Assembly: GCA_049969675.1 (NCBI GenBank)
Contig: JBMFOP010000076.1
Coordinates: 1 to 14,256 of the forward strand
Origin: Myxococcota bacterium
GTDB taxonomy: Bacteria; Myxococcota; SpSt-1050
DNA length: 14,256 nucleotides
Direction: 5' to 3'
In this document: piece by piece, positions 4,842-14,256 of the stretch
Layout of the letters: each line of letters starts with the position of its first letter
Numbering within the stretch: position 1 is the stretch's first letter
Translations under genes and position numbers: made by a program
The notes under the pieces: generated by a model
Databases searched by the model: none
What the model was told of the DNA's origin: nothing
The model's input: only the letters and a program-made list of their open reading frames with translations

Positions 4842-6210
4842 CGGGATACTTCTTGAGTAATTTTGCCAGATTGCTCCTGTCCATCCCCGCGAGCTCTGCA
4901 GCCTTTGAGATATTCCCCCCGGTTCGTTTTAGGAGCTCTGAGAAATAGTTCTTTTCAAAAGACTCTATGACCCTCTTTTTGGCATCTGCATATCTTTCGC
5001 CTGTAAATCTCTCTCTCTCTTTATTGTTGACTCTGGTTATATATGATGGAAGGTCCTGAAATTTGATGACATCACTTCTTGTCATTACAACTGAACGTTC
5101 AATTGCATTCTCAAGCTCTCTAATATTTCCGGGCCAGTTATAATTTTCAAGGGCGATAATCGTCTCCGGGGCAAAGCCTTTTATAACCTTATTCTGTTGA
5201 GTAGAGAACCTCTTGAGAAAGTGTGTGGCAAGAATGAGGATATCCTCTCTTCGTTCTCTAAGTGGAGGCAGGTCTATCTCAATGACATTCAGGCGATAGT
5301 AGAGGTCCTCTCTGAATTTTCCCTCTTTTATCAATTGATTTAAATCTTTGTTGGTGGCTGATACAATTCTTACATCAATCTTGATATTCTCGTTTGAGCC
5401 AATTCTTCTGATCTCCCGCTCCTGAATCGCCCGCAGGAGTTTAACCTGAAAATTTAACGGTATATCTCCCACCTCATCTAAAAACACTGTCCCGCCATTT
5501 GCATATTCAAGTAGCCCTTTCTTATTGTCGTATGCGTTTGTGAATGCGCCCTTTATATGTCCGAAGAGTTCACTCTCAAAGAGGGTCTCTGTGATGGCAG
5601 AGCAATTAATAGGTACAAAGGGGGCTGTACTCCTGCTGCTCTTTTTATGGATGGCACGGGCTACCAGTTCTTTCCCTGTCCCGCTCTCTCCGGTAATGAG
5701 GATGCTGGAATCTGTTGGGGCAATGGTCTCAATGGTCTCAAAGACCTTTTTCATTACATTTGAACGTCCGATTATTCCACAGAAGCTGTATTCGGATTCA
5801 AATCCTTTTCGTAAGGTATCTATCTCTAAAAGCAGTCTGCGTTTTTCAAGTGCCCGTTCTATAATGGATATCACAAGTTCCAGATTGATAAATGGCTTCT
5901 GTATCAGGTCATATGCCCCTTCTTTGATGGCGGTTACCGCATTCTGAACTGTTGCCATGCCAGAGATTATAATTACTTCTGTATGCTGATATCTCTTTTT
6001 TGTCTTTTTTAGCAGCTCGATCCCGTCTATCTCCGGCATGTTGATGTCAAAGATGCAGAGGTCTGGCTCTGAGGTATTTATAAAGTTGATGGCACTGATA
6101 GGATTTGTAAATGCATTGATATCGTATCCCCTCTTTGAGGCGATTGCCTTAAATACAGTTAGTACGCTCTCATCGTCATCTACCACGACTATCCTGGCAC
6201 GGTTTTGCAT
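4822..6210 (-). CDS. Sigma-54-dependent response regulator, NtrC family (REC-AAA+-Fis HTH)
   Basis: 462 aa. VVDDD and phosphoacceptor DINMP, GESGTGKE, ESELFGHIKGAFTNA, FLDEVG, FREDLYYRL, WPGNIREL, and a C-terminal GNISKAAELAGMDRSNL HTH. Confidence 0.97.
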   Translation of the reverse strand: MQNRARIVVVDDDESVLTVFKAIASKRGYDINAFTNPISAINFINTSEPDLCIFDINMPEIDGIELLKKTKKRYQHTEVIIISGMATVQNAVTAIKEGAYDLIQKPFINLELVISIIERALEKRRLLLEIDTLRKGFESEYSFCGIIGRSNVMKKVFETIETIAPTDSSILITGESGTGKELVARAIHKKSSRSTAPFVPINCSAITETLFESELFGHIKGAFTNAYDNKKGLLEYANGGTVFLDEVGDIPLNFQVKLLRAIQEREIRRIGSNENIKIDVRIVSATNKDLNQLIKEGKFREDLYYRLNVIEIDLPPLRERREDILILATHFLKRFSTQQNKVIKGFAPETIIALENYNWPGNIRELENAIERSVVMTRSDVIKFQDLPSYITRVNNKERERFTGERYADAKKRVIESFEKNYFSELLKRTGGNISKAAELAGMDRSNLAKLLKKYPDVLKQR

Positions 6211-6213
6211 CTT

Positions 6214-6954
6214 CTATTGATTCCCCTTAAGCTCAAAAATCCTTTTATATTCTTCTGTTGGCTTCCCCTCAGAATTAAAGAGTATGAGCGGCGGAAGTAT
6301 CTCAAGAGATGACCTGCCAAACTTTACGCCTTCAACAAGTGCTATATTTGATGAGCTATTCGGTCTGTGATATACGAGCCTCAATCTCTTAGGCTCAATC
6401 TTTCTCATTCTCATAAGATAGAAGAGGTCCACAAGTCTCATTGTGGGGTAGACGAGTTTCAATAGCCCCTTTGATTTTAAAAGGTATCTTGAAATATTTA
6501 ATATGTCCTGAATACGGAGCAGAATCTCATGTCTGGCGAGCGCCTTCTCGGAGAAGGTGCTGATTATTCCGTGGTCAACCTGCGTATATGGAGGATTTGA
6601 GATAACTACATCAAATATCTGAGGTCCAAAATTCTCTTTGAGTTTTCTTATGTCCTGACTGAGTATCTCTACTTTTGATTCCACCCCATTTAATCTTACA
6701 TTTTGAATTGCCAGTTCAGATAATCTCTTTTGAATCTCTACTCCATATATCTTTTCAACATCAAAAGATTTTGTAGCAACGATTATAGGGATTATTCCAC
6801 ACCCTGTCCCAAGGTCTATTGAGAGCCCTCTTATATTTGAACTGAAATCTGCAAGCAGGATTGAATCCTCATTGAATCTGTATCCATCTTTTGGCTGATA
6901 TACCTTTATTCTGCCACCGAAGATGCTGTCCAGACTGTTTTCTGTTTGATTCAT
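6214..6954 (-). CDS. tRNA1(Val) adenine-37 N6-methyltransferase family protein (YfiC/YabB-like)
   Basis: 246 aa. YQPKDGYRFNEDSILLADF, DLGTGCGII, NPPY, ARHE and EPKRLRLV motifs. Confidence 0.9.
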   Translation of the reverse strand: MNQTENSLDSIFGGRIKVYQPKDGYRFNEDSILLADFSSNIRGLSIDLGTGCGIIPIIVATKSFDVEKIYGVEIQKRLSELAIQNVRLNGVESKVEILSQDIRKLKENFGPQIFDVVISNPPYTQVDHGIISTFSEKALARHEILLRIQDILNISRYLLKSKGLLKLVYPTMRLVDLFYLMRMRKIEPKRLRLVYHRPNSSSNIALVEGVKFGRSSLEILPPLILFNSEGKPTEEYKRIFELKGNQ

Positions 6955-6960
6955 ATACTT

Positions 6961-7431
6961 TTAGAAATTGATAAGTTTAATTTTCAATGTATTTGCCTTT
7001 GGTGTAATCTCGGCAAATCTTCCTTGAGGCCTTTCTGTCTCAAAGATGTCCAGTTCCCTGAGGAGGGGATTCTTATTATAGTAATAGACAGATTCTGCTG
7101 CACTCACTGCCTGATAAATTCTATTAACCGCTGCTATTGCGACTGCCAAAATTATGGACCTATCACTGTAGTTGTCAAAGTAGAGGGTTAAGAAGCCGAG
7201 ACCGAGTCCGGCGATGTCATAGGCGATATATCTGATTCCGCCCCAGGTGTCTTTTGCATAAAAATGCCCTGAACCAAAACCGACAATAAAGGCGAGCGGG
7301 ATGGCTACGAAGTAGCTCTTCTCTGTAAAATTATTTTGTAGCACTGAGTTCTTATTTGCATCGGTGTCGGTTGTCTGTGCGTAGATAGAAAGGGATATGA
7401 GCATTAAAGTTAAAAACGCAATTGACTTCAT
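6961..7431 (-). CDS. Exported or membrane hypothetical protein, weakly Borrelia P13-like
   Basis: 156 aa. Signal peptide ending IYA-Q, three hydrophobic segments, and LAFIVGFGSGHFYAKD. Overlaps the ybeY stop by 4 nt. Confidence 0.6.
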   Translation of the reverse strand: MKSIAFLTLMLISLSIYAQTTDTDANKNSVLQNNFTEKSYFVAIPLAFIVGFGSGHFYAKDTWGGIRYIAYDIAGLGLGFLTLYFDNYSDRSIILAVAIAAVNRIYQAVSAAESVYYYNKNPLLRELDIFETERPQGRFAEITPKANTLKIKLINF

Positions 7432-7883
7432 ACGAAAAACTCCTTTCTATAAATTTTATATAGAGCCATTTCCCTCTCCCTCATTATCTTCCTCTCACTT
7501 CTCTCTGTATGGTCAAATCCAATCAGATGTAATATTGCATGGATAACAACTTTTAATAGATAGTCATTGAATCGCCTCTTCTGGCTCCTGCTCCTTCTCA
7601 TAATGGTTTCAAGAGAGATGACCACATCCCCGAGCGGGATTTTTGAATTACAGAAAAGTATTGGCTCTCTGAGATCACCTCTGTAAAAGTCATATTGTGG
7701 GAAGGAGAGGACATCTGTGGTCCTATTAATGTGCCGATATTTTGAGTTTAATTCTCTGATTCCATTGTCGTCTGTCAGTGAGTAAGAGACATCAAAGAGA
7801 TTAAAGCCCAAGTCTCTTAAGATCACTGTCGTTATCGTCTGGATCCTCTTCTTTATCAGATGTTCCGTTTTCTGCCTTTTCAT
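7428..7883 (-). CDS. ybeY: rRNA maturation endoribonuclease YbeY
   Basis: IRELNSKYR, TDVLSFP, LGDVVIS and the metal-binding HAILHLIGFDH motif. Canonical position after phoH and the HD protein. Confidence 0.95.
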   Translation of the reverse strand: MKRQKTEHLIKKRIQTITTVILRDLGFNLFDVSYSLTDDNGIRELNSKYRHINRTTDVLSFPQYDFYRGDLREPILFCNSKIPLGDVVISLETIMRRSRSQKRRFNDYLLKVVIHAILHLIGFDHTERSERKIMREREMALYKIYRKEFFV

Positions 7884-10239
7884 CGCCCTGTTTCCTCTGT
7901 GTATCTGAGAGTTTTACGGCTGGTTCAAAATACTCCGGCCTCTGATGATATATACCATCCAGTACCTTTATAAATGCGCGCGCAATCTTGTCCAGGTCCC
8001 TCAATGTCAGGTCGCACTCAGAGAGCTGCCCATCCTTAAAGATTGAGTTGATAATCTTCTGTACAAGTCCACGAAGTCGGGTTGCGTCCAGGTCCGGCAC
8101 AGATTTCGCAGCCGCCTCCACTGAGTCAGCGAGCATAACCAGTGCAGACTCTCTGGTCTGTGGTTTTGGTCCTAAATATCTAAAATCTCCTTCATTCACC
8201 GCCTCTCCCATATTCTTTGCCTTTTGATAAAAGTATTTAATGAGTGATGTGCCGTGGTGTTGTTCTATTACATCCAGAATGGGTTGCCCGAGTCTGTAAT
8301 TTCTTGCCATATCAATTCCATCCTTGACATGGGCCTTGAGTATAAGTGCGCTCATCGTCGGTTTAATTGAGTCGTGCTTATTTATCCCGTCCTTCTGGTT
8401 CTCTCCAAAGTAGTCGGGTTTGTTTATCTTACCGATGTCGTGATAATATGCACAGACCTTTGCGAGTAATGGATTGGCTCCTATATCCTCTGCCGCCGTC
8501 TCTACAAGGGATGCCACAACTATAGAGTGATGGTAGGTGCCTGGCGCCTTAACTATCAGTTCTTTTAAGAGTGGATGGTTGAGATTTGCAAGTTCAAGGA
8601 GTTTGATATCTGTAATATAGTCCATTGCAACTTCCAGAACAGGTGCTGATGAGGTGACTATCATTGAGACCATAACTCCATTGATAAAACCGAGAAGGCA
8701 TCCTAAGAGTATGGTGACTGTAATCTGCTCGCCACGCATAAGTGTAAAGATAACAATCATTATAGCATTCATAATCCCGGTCATAAGCCCACCTTTGAGA
8801 ATGATTGCCCTTGTCGTAGCATGTGCAACACTGTATGCAGCGATGAGTGAGCCGATGAGTGTATAAAATCCATAGTACATATCGCCCGCTGTTAAAAGAT
8901 ATGAAAAGCCAGAGATAACAATTGAGAATATAACGGCTGTCTCACTATTGAGAATAAATCTTACGAGCATCGCCCCTGCTGCAAAGGGTATCATATACTC
9001 CCATATAAACTGCGGGATATTGGGAAAGTAGTCGCTGAGTGCCACGCATACTGTGAGAAGTAGTTTTCCAAATATAACTGTAAATGCCGCGAGTATCCCC
9101 ATCAGTAGTATATCTTTTGTCTTTGGAGCAAACTTTCTAATATATGTCTTTGCAAAGACGAATGGGACCAGAATGATTATCGTAGAAAATAGAAACATCC
9201 CTATGGTTGTAATTATGTCTCTCACCTTTGTCGTCTGTCTATAAATCCCCTTAAATAACTTTATATGGTCGTGTGTAATCTTTTCGCCATCCCTTATGAG
9301 TATATCTCCCTTCTTTATATTGATCGTTATTGGAGTAATCTGATTTAGTGCCTCCTCCTTTCTCCTCTCGGTCTCAGCCGCATTGTAAAATAGATTTGGC
9401 TTAATGAGTTTTGAGGCTATGGATATAATAATCTTTCTCTCCTCTTTGCTGTATTCAGCCAGAAGGAAGATTATCTTCTTCTCAATCAACTTTTTGACCT
9501 CACCTATATCCTTGATAGAGGTGATAGAGGAGATTATTCCCTCCGCCCGTTGTTCTTTTGCGTATATTCTCTGAATCATTATTCCGGAGCCCTTCTCCTG
9601 AATCAACCTATTCTTATCCTCTACTATGACCTCCTGCATAACAGGTTGAACAATGGAGATAATCCCATCCTCTATCTCTCTGGAGAATCTCAGATAAATC
9701 AACTTATTATATTCCTCATCAGTAAGTTTTATCCCGAGTGCCTTTTCAAATTCCTCTCTACCTGTTAGTGCTACCTCTCTAATCACCTCCTGTTCCCTCT
9801 TTTTGATGTTTTCAAGTGCCTTTTTGGAGATAGTCGCATCTGGATTCTCCTGTTCATCACCCTGATAGAGCTCAATCTGTATGTTGTTGCGGATATAATT
9901 GAATGCCTCTTTTACAGCGTCAGAGATATTGTCTGATAGAGAGGCATCAAAGAAAAAGACCGGTTTTACATTTTTGATGGCATCCTCCCTCGCCTTCTTT
10001 GTTGCCTCTTCATCCACGATGATGTAGTCCCTATCAGCCCTTATCGTTGCAGTTGATACCTTCCCTACATTCTGGTCGTCAGCGGGGAGTTCCATCTGTT
10101 TTATAAGGGGTGATGTGGCAACAGTCACAGAGGCAACGGCTATTAAGAAAGAGATGAATTTAATGAAACCGGAGTGCCTATCCATAAATCTAACTTTGCG
10201 ACTCTGCATTAAATTGTCTGTTCGAAAGTCTGTTGCCAT
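7801..10239 (-). CDS. 7TM-HD (HDIG) membrane phosphodiesterase, PgpH-like
   Basis: N-terminal TM, large extracytoplasmic domain, about 7 TM helices, then APGTYHHS, YYHDIGK, QHHGT, GPKPQTRE and MLADSVEAA. The start is placed at ATG 10239 (MATDF) rather than the track's TTG at 10257, which overlaps phoH. Confidence 0.93.
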   Translation of the reverse strand: MATDFRTDNLMQSRKVRFMDRHSGFIKFISFLIAVASVTVATSPLIKQMELPADDQNVGKVSTATIRADRDYIIVDEEATKKAREDAIKNVKPVFFFDASLSDNISDAVKEAFNYIRNNIQIELYQGDEQENPDATISKKALENIKKREQEVIREVALTGREEFEKALGIKLTDEEYNKLIYLRFSREIEDGIISIVQPVMQEVIVEDKNRLIQEKGSGIMIQRIYAKEQRAEGIISSITSIKDIGEVKKLIEKKIIFLLAEYSKEERKIIISIASKLIKPNLFYNAAETERRKEEALNQITPITINIKKGDILIRDGEKITHDHIKLFKGIYRQTTKVRDIITTIGMFLFSTIIILVPFVFAKTYIRKFAPKTKDILLMGILAAFTVIFGKLLLTVCVALSDYFPNIPQFIWEYMIPFAAGAMLVRFILNSETAVIFSIVISGFSYLLTAGDMYYGFYTLIGSLIAAYSVAHATTRAIILKGGLMTGIMNAIMIVIFTLMRGEQITVTILLGCLLGFINGVMVSMIVTSSAPVLEVAMDYITDIKLLELANLNHPLLKELIVKAPGTYHHSIVVASLVETAAEDIGANPLLAKVCAYYHDIGKINKPDYFGENQKDGINKHDSIKPTMSALILKAHVKDGIDMARNYRLGQPILDVIEQHHGTSLIKYFYQKAKNMGEAVNEGDFRYLGPKPQTRESALVMLADSVEAAAKSVPDLDATRLRGLVQKIINSIFKDGQLSECDLTLRDLDKIARAFIKVLDGIYHQRPEYFEPAVKLSDTQRKQGDEKAENGTSDKEEDPDDNDSDLKRLGL

Positions 10240-10240
10240 G

Positions 10241-11191
10241 CTATCTTCTCTTCTCAAACGCCTTTATAATTTCCTGTACAAGAGGATGTCTTACCACATC
10301 CTGTTCAGACATAAAACAAAATTCTATACCATCTATATCTTTTAAGATATCAACACACTCCACAAGCCCGGATTTTACATGGTTTGGTAGGTCTATCTGT
10401 GTGATATCTCCGGTAATTACAACCTTTGAAGAGAAGCCCATTCGAGTAAGAAACATCTTGATCTGGTCAATCGTAGTATTTTGTGCCTCATCTAATATCA
10501 CAAATGAATCGTTGAGGGTCCTTCCTCTCATAAATGCGAGGGGAGCTACCTCTATTATTCCTCTGGAAATTAACGATTGAAATCTCTCAAACTCCATCAT
10601 ATCGTTGAGGGCGTCATAAAGCGGTCTCAGATATGGATTGACCTTCTCCTCAAGGTCGCCGGGTAAAAATCCAAGTTTCTCCCCGGCCTCCACAGCCGGT
10701 CTTGTAAGAATAATTCTTTTTACAGTCTTATTTAGCAGGGCGGTTATAGCCATAGCCATTGCCAGATAGGTCTTACCGGTCCCCGCTGGACCTATTCCAA
10801 ATACAATATCATTCTTTCTTATTGCATCCACATATCTCTTCTGTCCGAGAGTCTTTGGAGTTATTGACCTGTTTTTAGAGACTACAAAGATGGTATCCAT
10901 ATAGATGTCGGAGAGTGATATCTCTGGATTGTTCTTTAATGTCCTGATGCCATATTCAATGTCCTGAGCGGTGATTGTATGGCCTGTGTTGATAATTTCA
11001 CAGAACTCCCTGATGACCCTTTCTGCAAATTCGGTATCTCCCCTTTCGCCCCTCAGAACGACCTGATTACCTCTCGTGTCAAATAATACATTGAGTCGCT
11101 TTTTGAAGACACTGGCTATATCGTTCTGATGGAGAAAGAGCTGACGCGCTGTATCAATATTTGAGAGTTCAATCTTTATCATATCGCTCAT
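10241..11191 (-). CDS. phoH: PhoH family ATPase (YbeZ-like)
   Basis: 316 aa. GPAGTGKTYLA, RPAVEAGEKLGFLPGD, PLAFMRGRTL, DEAQN and VVRHPLV motifs. Confidence 0.97.
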   Translation of the reverse strand: MSDMIKIELSNIDTARQLFLHQNDIASVFKKRLNVLFDTRGNQVVLRGERGDTEFAERVIREFCEIINTGHTITAQDIEYGIRTLKNNPEISLSDIYMDTIFVVSKNRSITPKTLGQKRYVDAIRKNDIVFGIGPAGTGKTYLAMAMAITALLNKTVKRIILTRPAVEAGEKLGFLPGDLEEKVNPYLRPLYDALNDMMEFERFQSLISRGIIEVAPLAFMRGRTLNDSFVILDEAQNTTIDQIKMFLTRMGFSSKVVITGDITQIDLPNHVKSGLVECVDILKDIDGIEFCFMSEQDVVRHPLVQEIIKAFEKRR

Positions 11192-11204
11192 TCAGCACTC
11201 CATA

Positions 11205-12344
11205 TCAATAAAGTGGATTTTGAATTATAACAGCATCACCCTCTTTTTTAAATATATATTTCATCTTAAATGGGTATGAGAGGTCTCTCTCTTCAAGAAG
11301 CCCACTCTTTACAAGTAGGTCCATCTGTTCGGGTAGATGCCCCTGTATGTGTCTGTACACCTCAATGGAGTTTTTGATTCGTTCCCTGGTAATCTCTGAT
11401 AACAGCTGCTTGTAGATCGACACCCTTACCGCTGCATTGAGGCTCTCTGACTGCACTGTCTTTATTCTGGAAATAATACCACCAACAAGCAATATCACCA
11501 GAAGGAATGCAATAATTCCAAGGAAGAGATTTAGAATAAGAACAGAAGGAATAACGACCTTCTTGGTATTCAGTGGCCCACCCTTGAGGGCGTTAAACTG
11601 TATAGGGTGTTTTGGTCTCTTTGCCTGTAATATACCTGTTCTGACAAGATTATAGAGGGCTTTGCAACTCTCAAATTCGCCGAGCCTTGATATGTCTATT
11701 AGTTTCTGGACATCATAGTTTGGATTTTCTAATATAAGTGAATATATCCTCTTCTCGGACTCTCCAAATTCGTTCTGACTGGAGATCTTATCAAAATCCT
11801 CTGCCATAGGATTGAGTTCAAAGGTCATATTTACGGCGCTTATGACATTGTTAATAGATGGCCATTCATCTACAACCCTGAATGTATCCATCAGAACACT
11901 ATCGGTTGGTTGAGGGGTATCATATGCAGAATTTACAGAGATCTCGGATGGCTCAAATTCAAATTCTCCCTCCTTCCACCCCATCAGTTTATAGAGTAGT
12001 TCGCTATTCTTGAGCCTGATAAAGACAATGAGGTCTTCACGACTCACAAAATTTTCATCCAGAAGTATATCCTCTGTCCGTCGCATACTCTTGCTTCTCT
12101 TATCAACAATATACTGAAAGTCCTTTGGGGTAATTACCCCTGCTCTGAGTAGCATGGTGAGAAGTATATCTGCGGGTTTGCCGCCTTCAAATACCTCGGA
12201 ACGAACAATGTTGCCATTATAGAAGTAAACCCGCATCATAAATCTGCCGGACCTGATGTGCAGGATGCCGGACTTTGTCTGTTGAGCAATCAACTGAAAG
12301 ATGTCTGCCAGATTGAAGTCTTTTAATGAGCCAGCAAGCGCCAT
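11205..12344 (-). CDS. DUF4388 (PATAN-like) domain protein with a single TM and a C-terminal extracytoplasmic domain
   Basis: MALAGSLKDFNLADIFQLIAQQTKSGIL...WKEGEFEF is the DUF4388 pattern. A winged-helix-like segment (SRLGEFESCKALYNL) and a TM (ILNLFLGIIAFLLVILLVGGII) follow. Confidence 0.85.
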   Translation of the reverse strand: MALAGSLKDFNLADIFQLIAQQTKSGILHIRSGRFMMRVYFYNGNIVRSEVFEGGKPADILLTMLLRAGVITPKDFQYIVDKRSKSMRRTEDILLDENFVSREDLIVFIRLKNSELLYKLMGWKEGEFEFEPSEISVNSAYDTPQPTDSVLMDTFRVVDEWPSINNVISAVNMTFELNPMAEDFDKISSQNEFGESEKRIYSLILENPNYDVQKLIDISRLGEFESCKALYNLVRTGILQAKRPKHPIQFNALKGGPLNTKKVVIPSVLILNLFLGIIAFLLVILLVGGIISRIKTVQSESLNAAVRVSIYKQLLSEITRERIKNSIEVYRHIQGHLPEQMDLLVKSGLLEERDLSYPFKMKYIFKKEGDAVIIQNPLY

Positions 12345-12347
12345 ATT

Positions 12348-14255
12348 CTAATCCCTCTTAAAGCAGTTTTTAAGGTTTATAAGATAAGCGATACCTCCAG
12401 CGATCAAAATGGGGATCTTAAAGAATGTCTCAAATCCCGTTGTAGAGAAGTATGGCAGTGGATTTGGACGATTAAAGAAGAAGAATGAGATGAATCCAGA
12501 GATAGAGAGGAGAAGTATAACCAGTCCCTTTGTAGGTCCCCCCTTCCAGATAAAGACAGTGCCCGGTATCACAATAGAGAGTAATCTGGTGGTCATATCA
12601 TGCAGAAATTGGTAGCTTGAAATCTCCTTGTCTTTGATGAATCTGTTCTTGGGGTCAGAGACATCCCTTCTGGTGAATATATGAAAGCATTGAGCACATT
12701 CATCGTCGCTGTGCAGTTCGGGGCTACAACGTTTGCATACTGGTCTTCCGCACCTCTGACAGGTATAGGAGATTGTTATCCTCTTTGAGGTCAACTCAAG
12801 ACCAACAATTAAAACAGATATAATGATCAGCCAGAACATTACATCAGAGGTAATTATACCTCCGGTGATGTAGTATTCAAATGGGAGATAAAGTCTTGTA
12901 TTTGAGGTTAAATCCCCTTTTATCAAATTTGTAAGATTGATATTGAATTCAGGTTCTAAATCATAGATAAAACGATTTATACCCGAAGTGGAGTTCTTCA
13001 GGAGTGTGGAGATAAATTCCTCATTAAATCTCTTTGCCTCCATTAACTCTGAATTACTCTTATCCAGCTCCTTCTTTCTTAAGAATAGTCGGGAGATATT
13101 GTATCTTACGACCGCTGATTGCGGCTCAAGGTTGAGTGCGTTATTGTACTGGGTGAGTGCCTCATCATATTTTTCGGTGATTAGATAAAGATTTCCAAGA
13201 TTGTTATAGGCGATTGTATTTGAGGCATTTAGTTCAATTGCCTTTTTATACATCTTCTCGGCAATTTCAAAATCCCCTCTCCTCTTAGAGAGAAGCCCTG
13301 AGACGATATAGTCATCAACAGAGGCATTCCCTGAATCTATTCTCTGTTTCAGTCTTGATAAGGCCTCAGGGTCTTCAAATTTTAATGCCTTGAAGGTGTA
13401 TATTTCTTCACTTCTATAGATATTGAGCAATCTGTTGTAGAGACTGAAGTTGTAAGGGAGAGTAGATATTAAAATAATCAATATGACAAGCAGTACCTTT
13501 TCCCGCTTTTTTAGATATACCCAGAGGAAGATACAGCTTATGAATATAAAGTGAAATACGGATAAAAATCTGATAATTATAATAAAGAAGACAGATAACC
13601 AGATAATGTACGAAATGAATGTAGACCTTCCAGCCGGGAAGAGGTGTGAGAGGTCGTGAAGTACTCTATTGGCATTCTTGAGTAGCAATGAAATAATGAA
13701 TAGAAAAGATGTCAAAGAGATGATTAAAGAGATGAGTGTCAGGGTATTTCCGATAATAAGCGGGGCGATATTTATAGGCTGGAAAGTCCGCCTGAGCGCT
13801 CCTATAAGCCGGGTTAGAGGTTTGTAAAGTTCAGTCTTATTGGTAGTCCATAGGACATAGGCATCAAAGAACCATACTTCATATATATCGGGTGATATGG
13901 TAAGTGCTGCCTCAGAGAGCCTTTGAGCGGTTACATAGTCGTTTGCCCTGAGCGCATTTTTTGCCTCCAGCATGAGAGATAGAGAGATGTAAGGTATATT
14001 TGAGATCCCGCTATTAAGTTTATCTTCTATGATCTTCTTTAATTTCTCCTCTGATAAGGCAAACTCCCTCTTTTTGAGATTCTCAATCCTTTCAAACCAG
14101 AGTGCATTGATCTCATCTAATCTTCTCTCGGGGACAACCAGTTTTGTAATTTCCTCCTCTTTCTTTTCTGTAGCCTTTATCTCCTCTCCTCTCTTCTTTT
14201 CCTCCTCCTCTTTTATACCGGCATCCAATGTCTTTGGCTCTTCTCCCTTCTTCTC
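12348..14255 (-). CDS. Multi-pass membrane tetratricopeptide-repeat protein with a Cys-rich Zn-binding module (5' partial)
   Basis: TPR motifs (AEKMYKKAIELN, AYNNLGNLYL, YNNALNLEP), several TM stretches, and CQRCGRPVCKRC...CAQC. The frame stays open past the track's TTG start to the window edge (EKKGEEPKTLDAG). Confidence 0.85.
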   Translation of the reverse strand, partial: EKKGEEPKTLDAGIKEEEEKKRGEEIKATEKKEEEITKLVVPERRLDEINALWFERIENLKKREFALSEEKLKKIIEDKLNSGISNIPYISLSLMLEAKNALRANDYVTAQRLSEAALTISPDIYEVWFFDAYVLWTTNKTELYKPLTRLIGALRRTFQPINIAPLIIGNTLTLISLIISLTSFLFIISLLLKNANRVLHDLSHLFPAGRSTFISYIIWLSVFFIIIIRFLSVFHFIFISCIFLWVYLKKREKVLLVILIILISTLPYNFSLYNRLLNIYRSEEIYTFKALKFEDPEALSRLKQRIDSGNASVDDYIVSGLLSKRRGDFEIAEKMYKKAIELNASNTIAYNNLGNLYLITEKYDEALTQYNNALNLEPQSAVVRYNISRLFLRKKELDKSNSELMEAKRFNEEFISTLLKNSTSGINRFIYDLEPEFNINLTNLIKGDLTSNTRLYLPFEYYITGGIITSDVMFWLIIISVLIVGLELTSKRITISYTCQRCGRPVCKRCSPELHSDDECAQCFHIFTRRDVSDPKNRFIKDKEISSYQFLHDMTTRLLSIVIPGTVFIWKGGPTKGLVILLLSISGFISFFFFNRPNPLPYFSTTGFETFFKIPILIAGGIAYLINLKNCFKRD

Positions 14256-14256
14256 C

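Noticed and set aside
3703..13188. Plus-strand ORFs 3703-4044, 4369-4614, 5525-5947, 5557-5763, 6038-6220, 6946-7191, 7988-8227, 8654-8866, 9053-9244, 9550-9768, 10115-10345, 10233-10580, 11437-11655, 12409-12615 and 12988-13188
   Set aside because: All lie antisense to conserved minus-strand genes and have no motifs of their own.
14140..14256. CT-rich low-complexity tract as a DNA repeat
   Set aside because: Explained by Glu/Lys-rich codons of the minus-strand TPR protein.

Overview
The window has two parts. Bases 1-~3570 are a + strand, visibly AT-rich accessory/defence island. It starts with the 3' end of a Type IIG-like restriction-modification (RM) gene that the ORF track misses. This is followed by an ABC-ATPase/TOPRIM (OLD-like) gene, a cluster of palindromic REP-like elements, a 5'-truncated REP-associated tyrosine transposase (RAYT) and a DUF4258/DUF2283 toxin-antitoxin-like pair. 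The conserved RM C-terminal 'tail' (IDQLVYKLYDLTEEEIKIIEG) occurs three times (181-244, 2277-2373, ~2839-2983), each copy ending just before a start codon. This suggests an integrase-free cassette array built on the RM 3' end. Bases 3777-14256 are a tightly packed - strand housekeeping run resembling Myxococcota/Deltaproteobacteria. In transcription order it holds a TPR membrane protein, a DUF4388 protein, phoH, a 7TM-HD phosphodiesterase, ybeY, a small membrane protein, a tRNA m6A37-type methyltransferase, a sigma-54 response regulator and an Rsm22/METTL17-like methyltransferase. A ~143-nt rod-like inverted repeat lies at the junction. All family calls come from motif recognition by eye; no searches were run.
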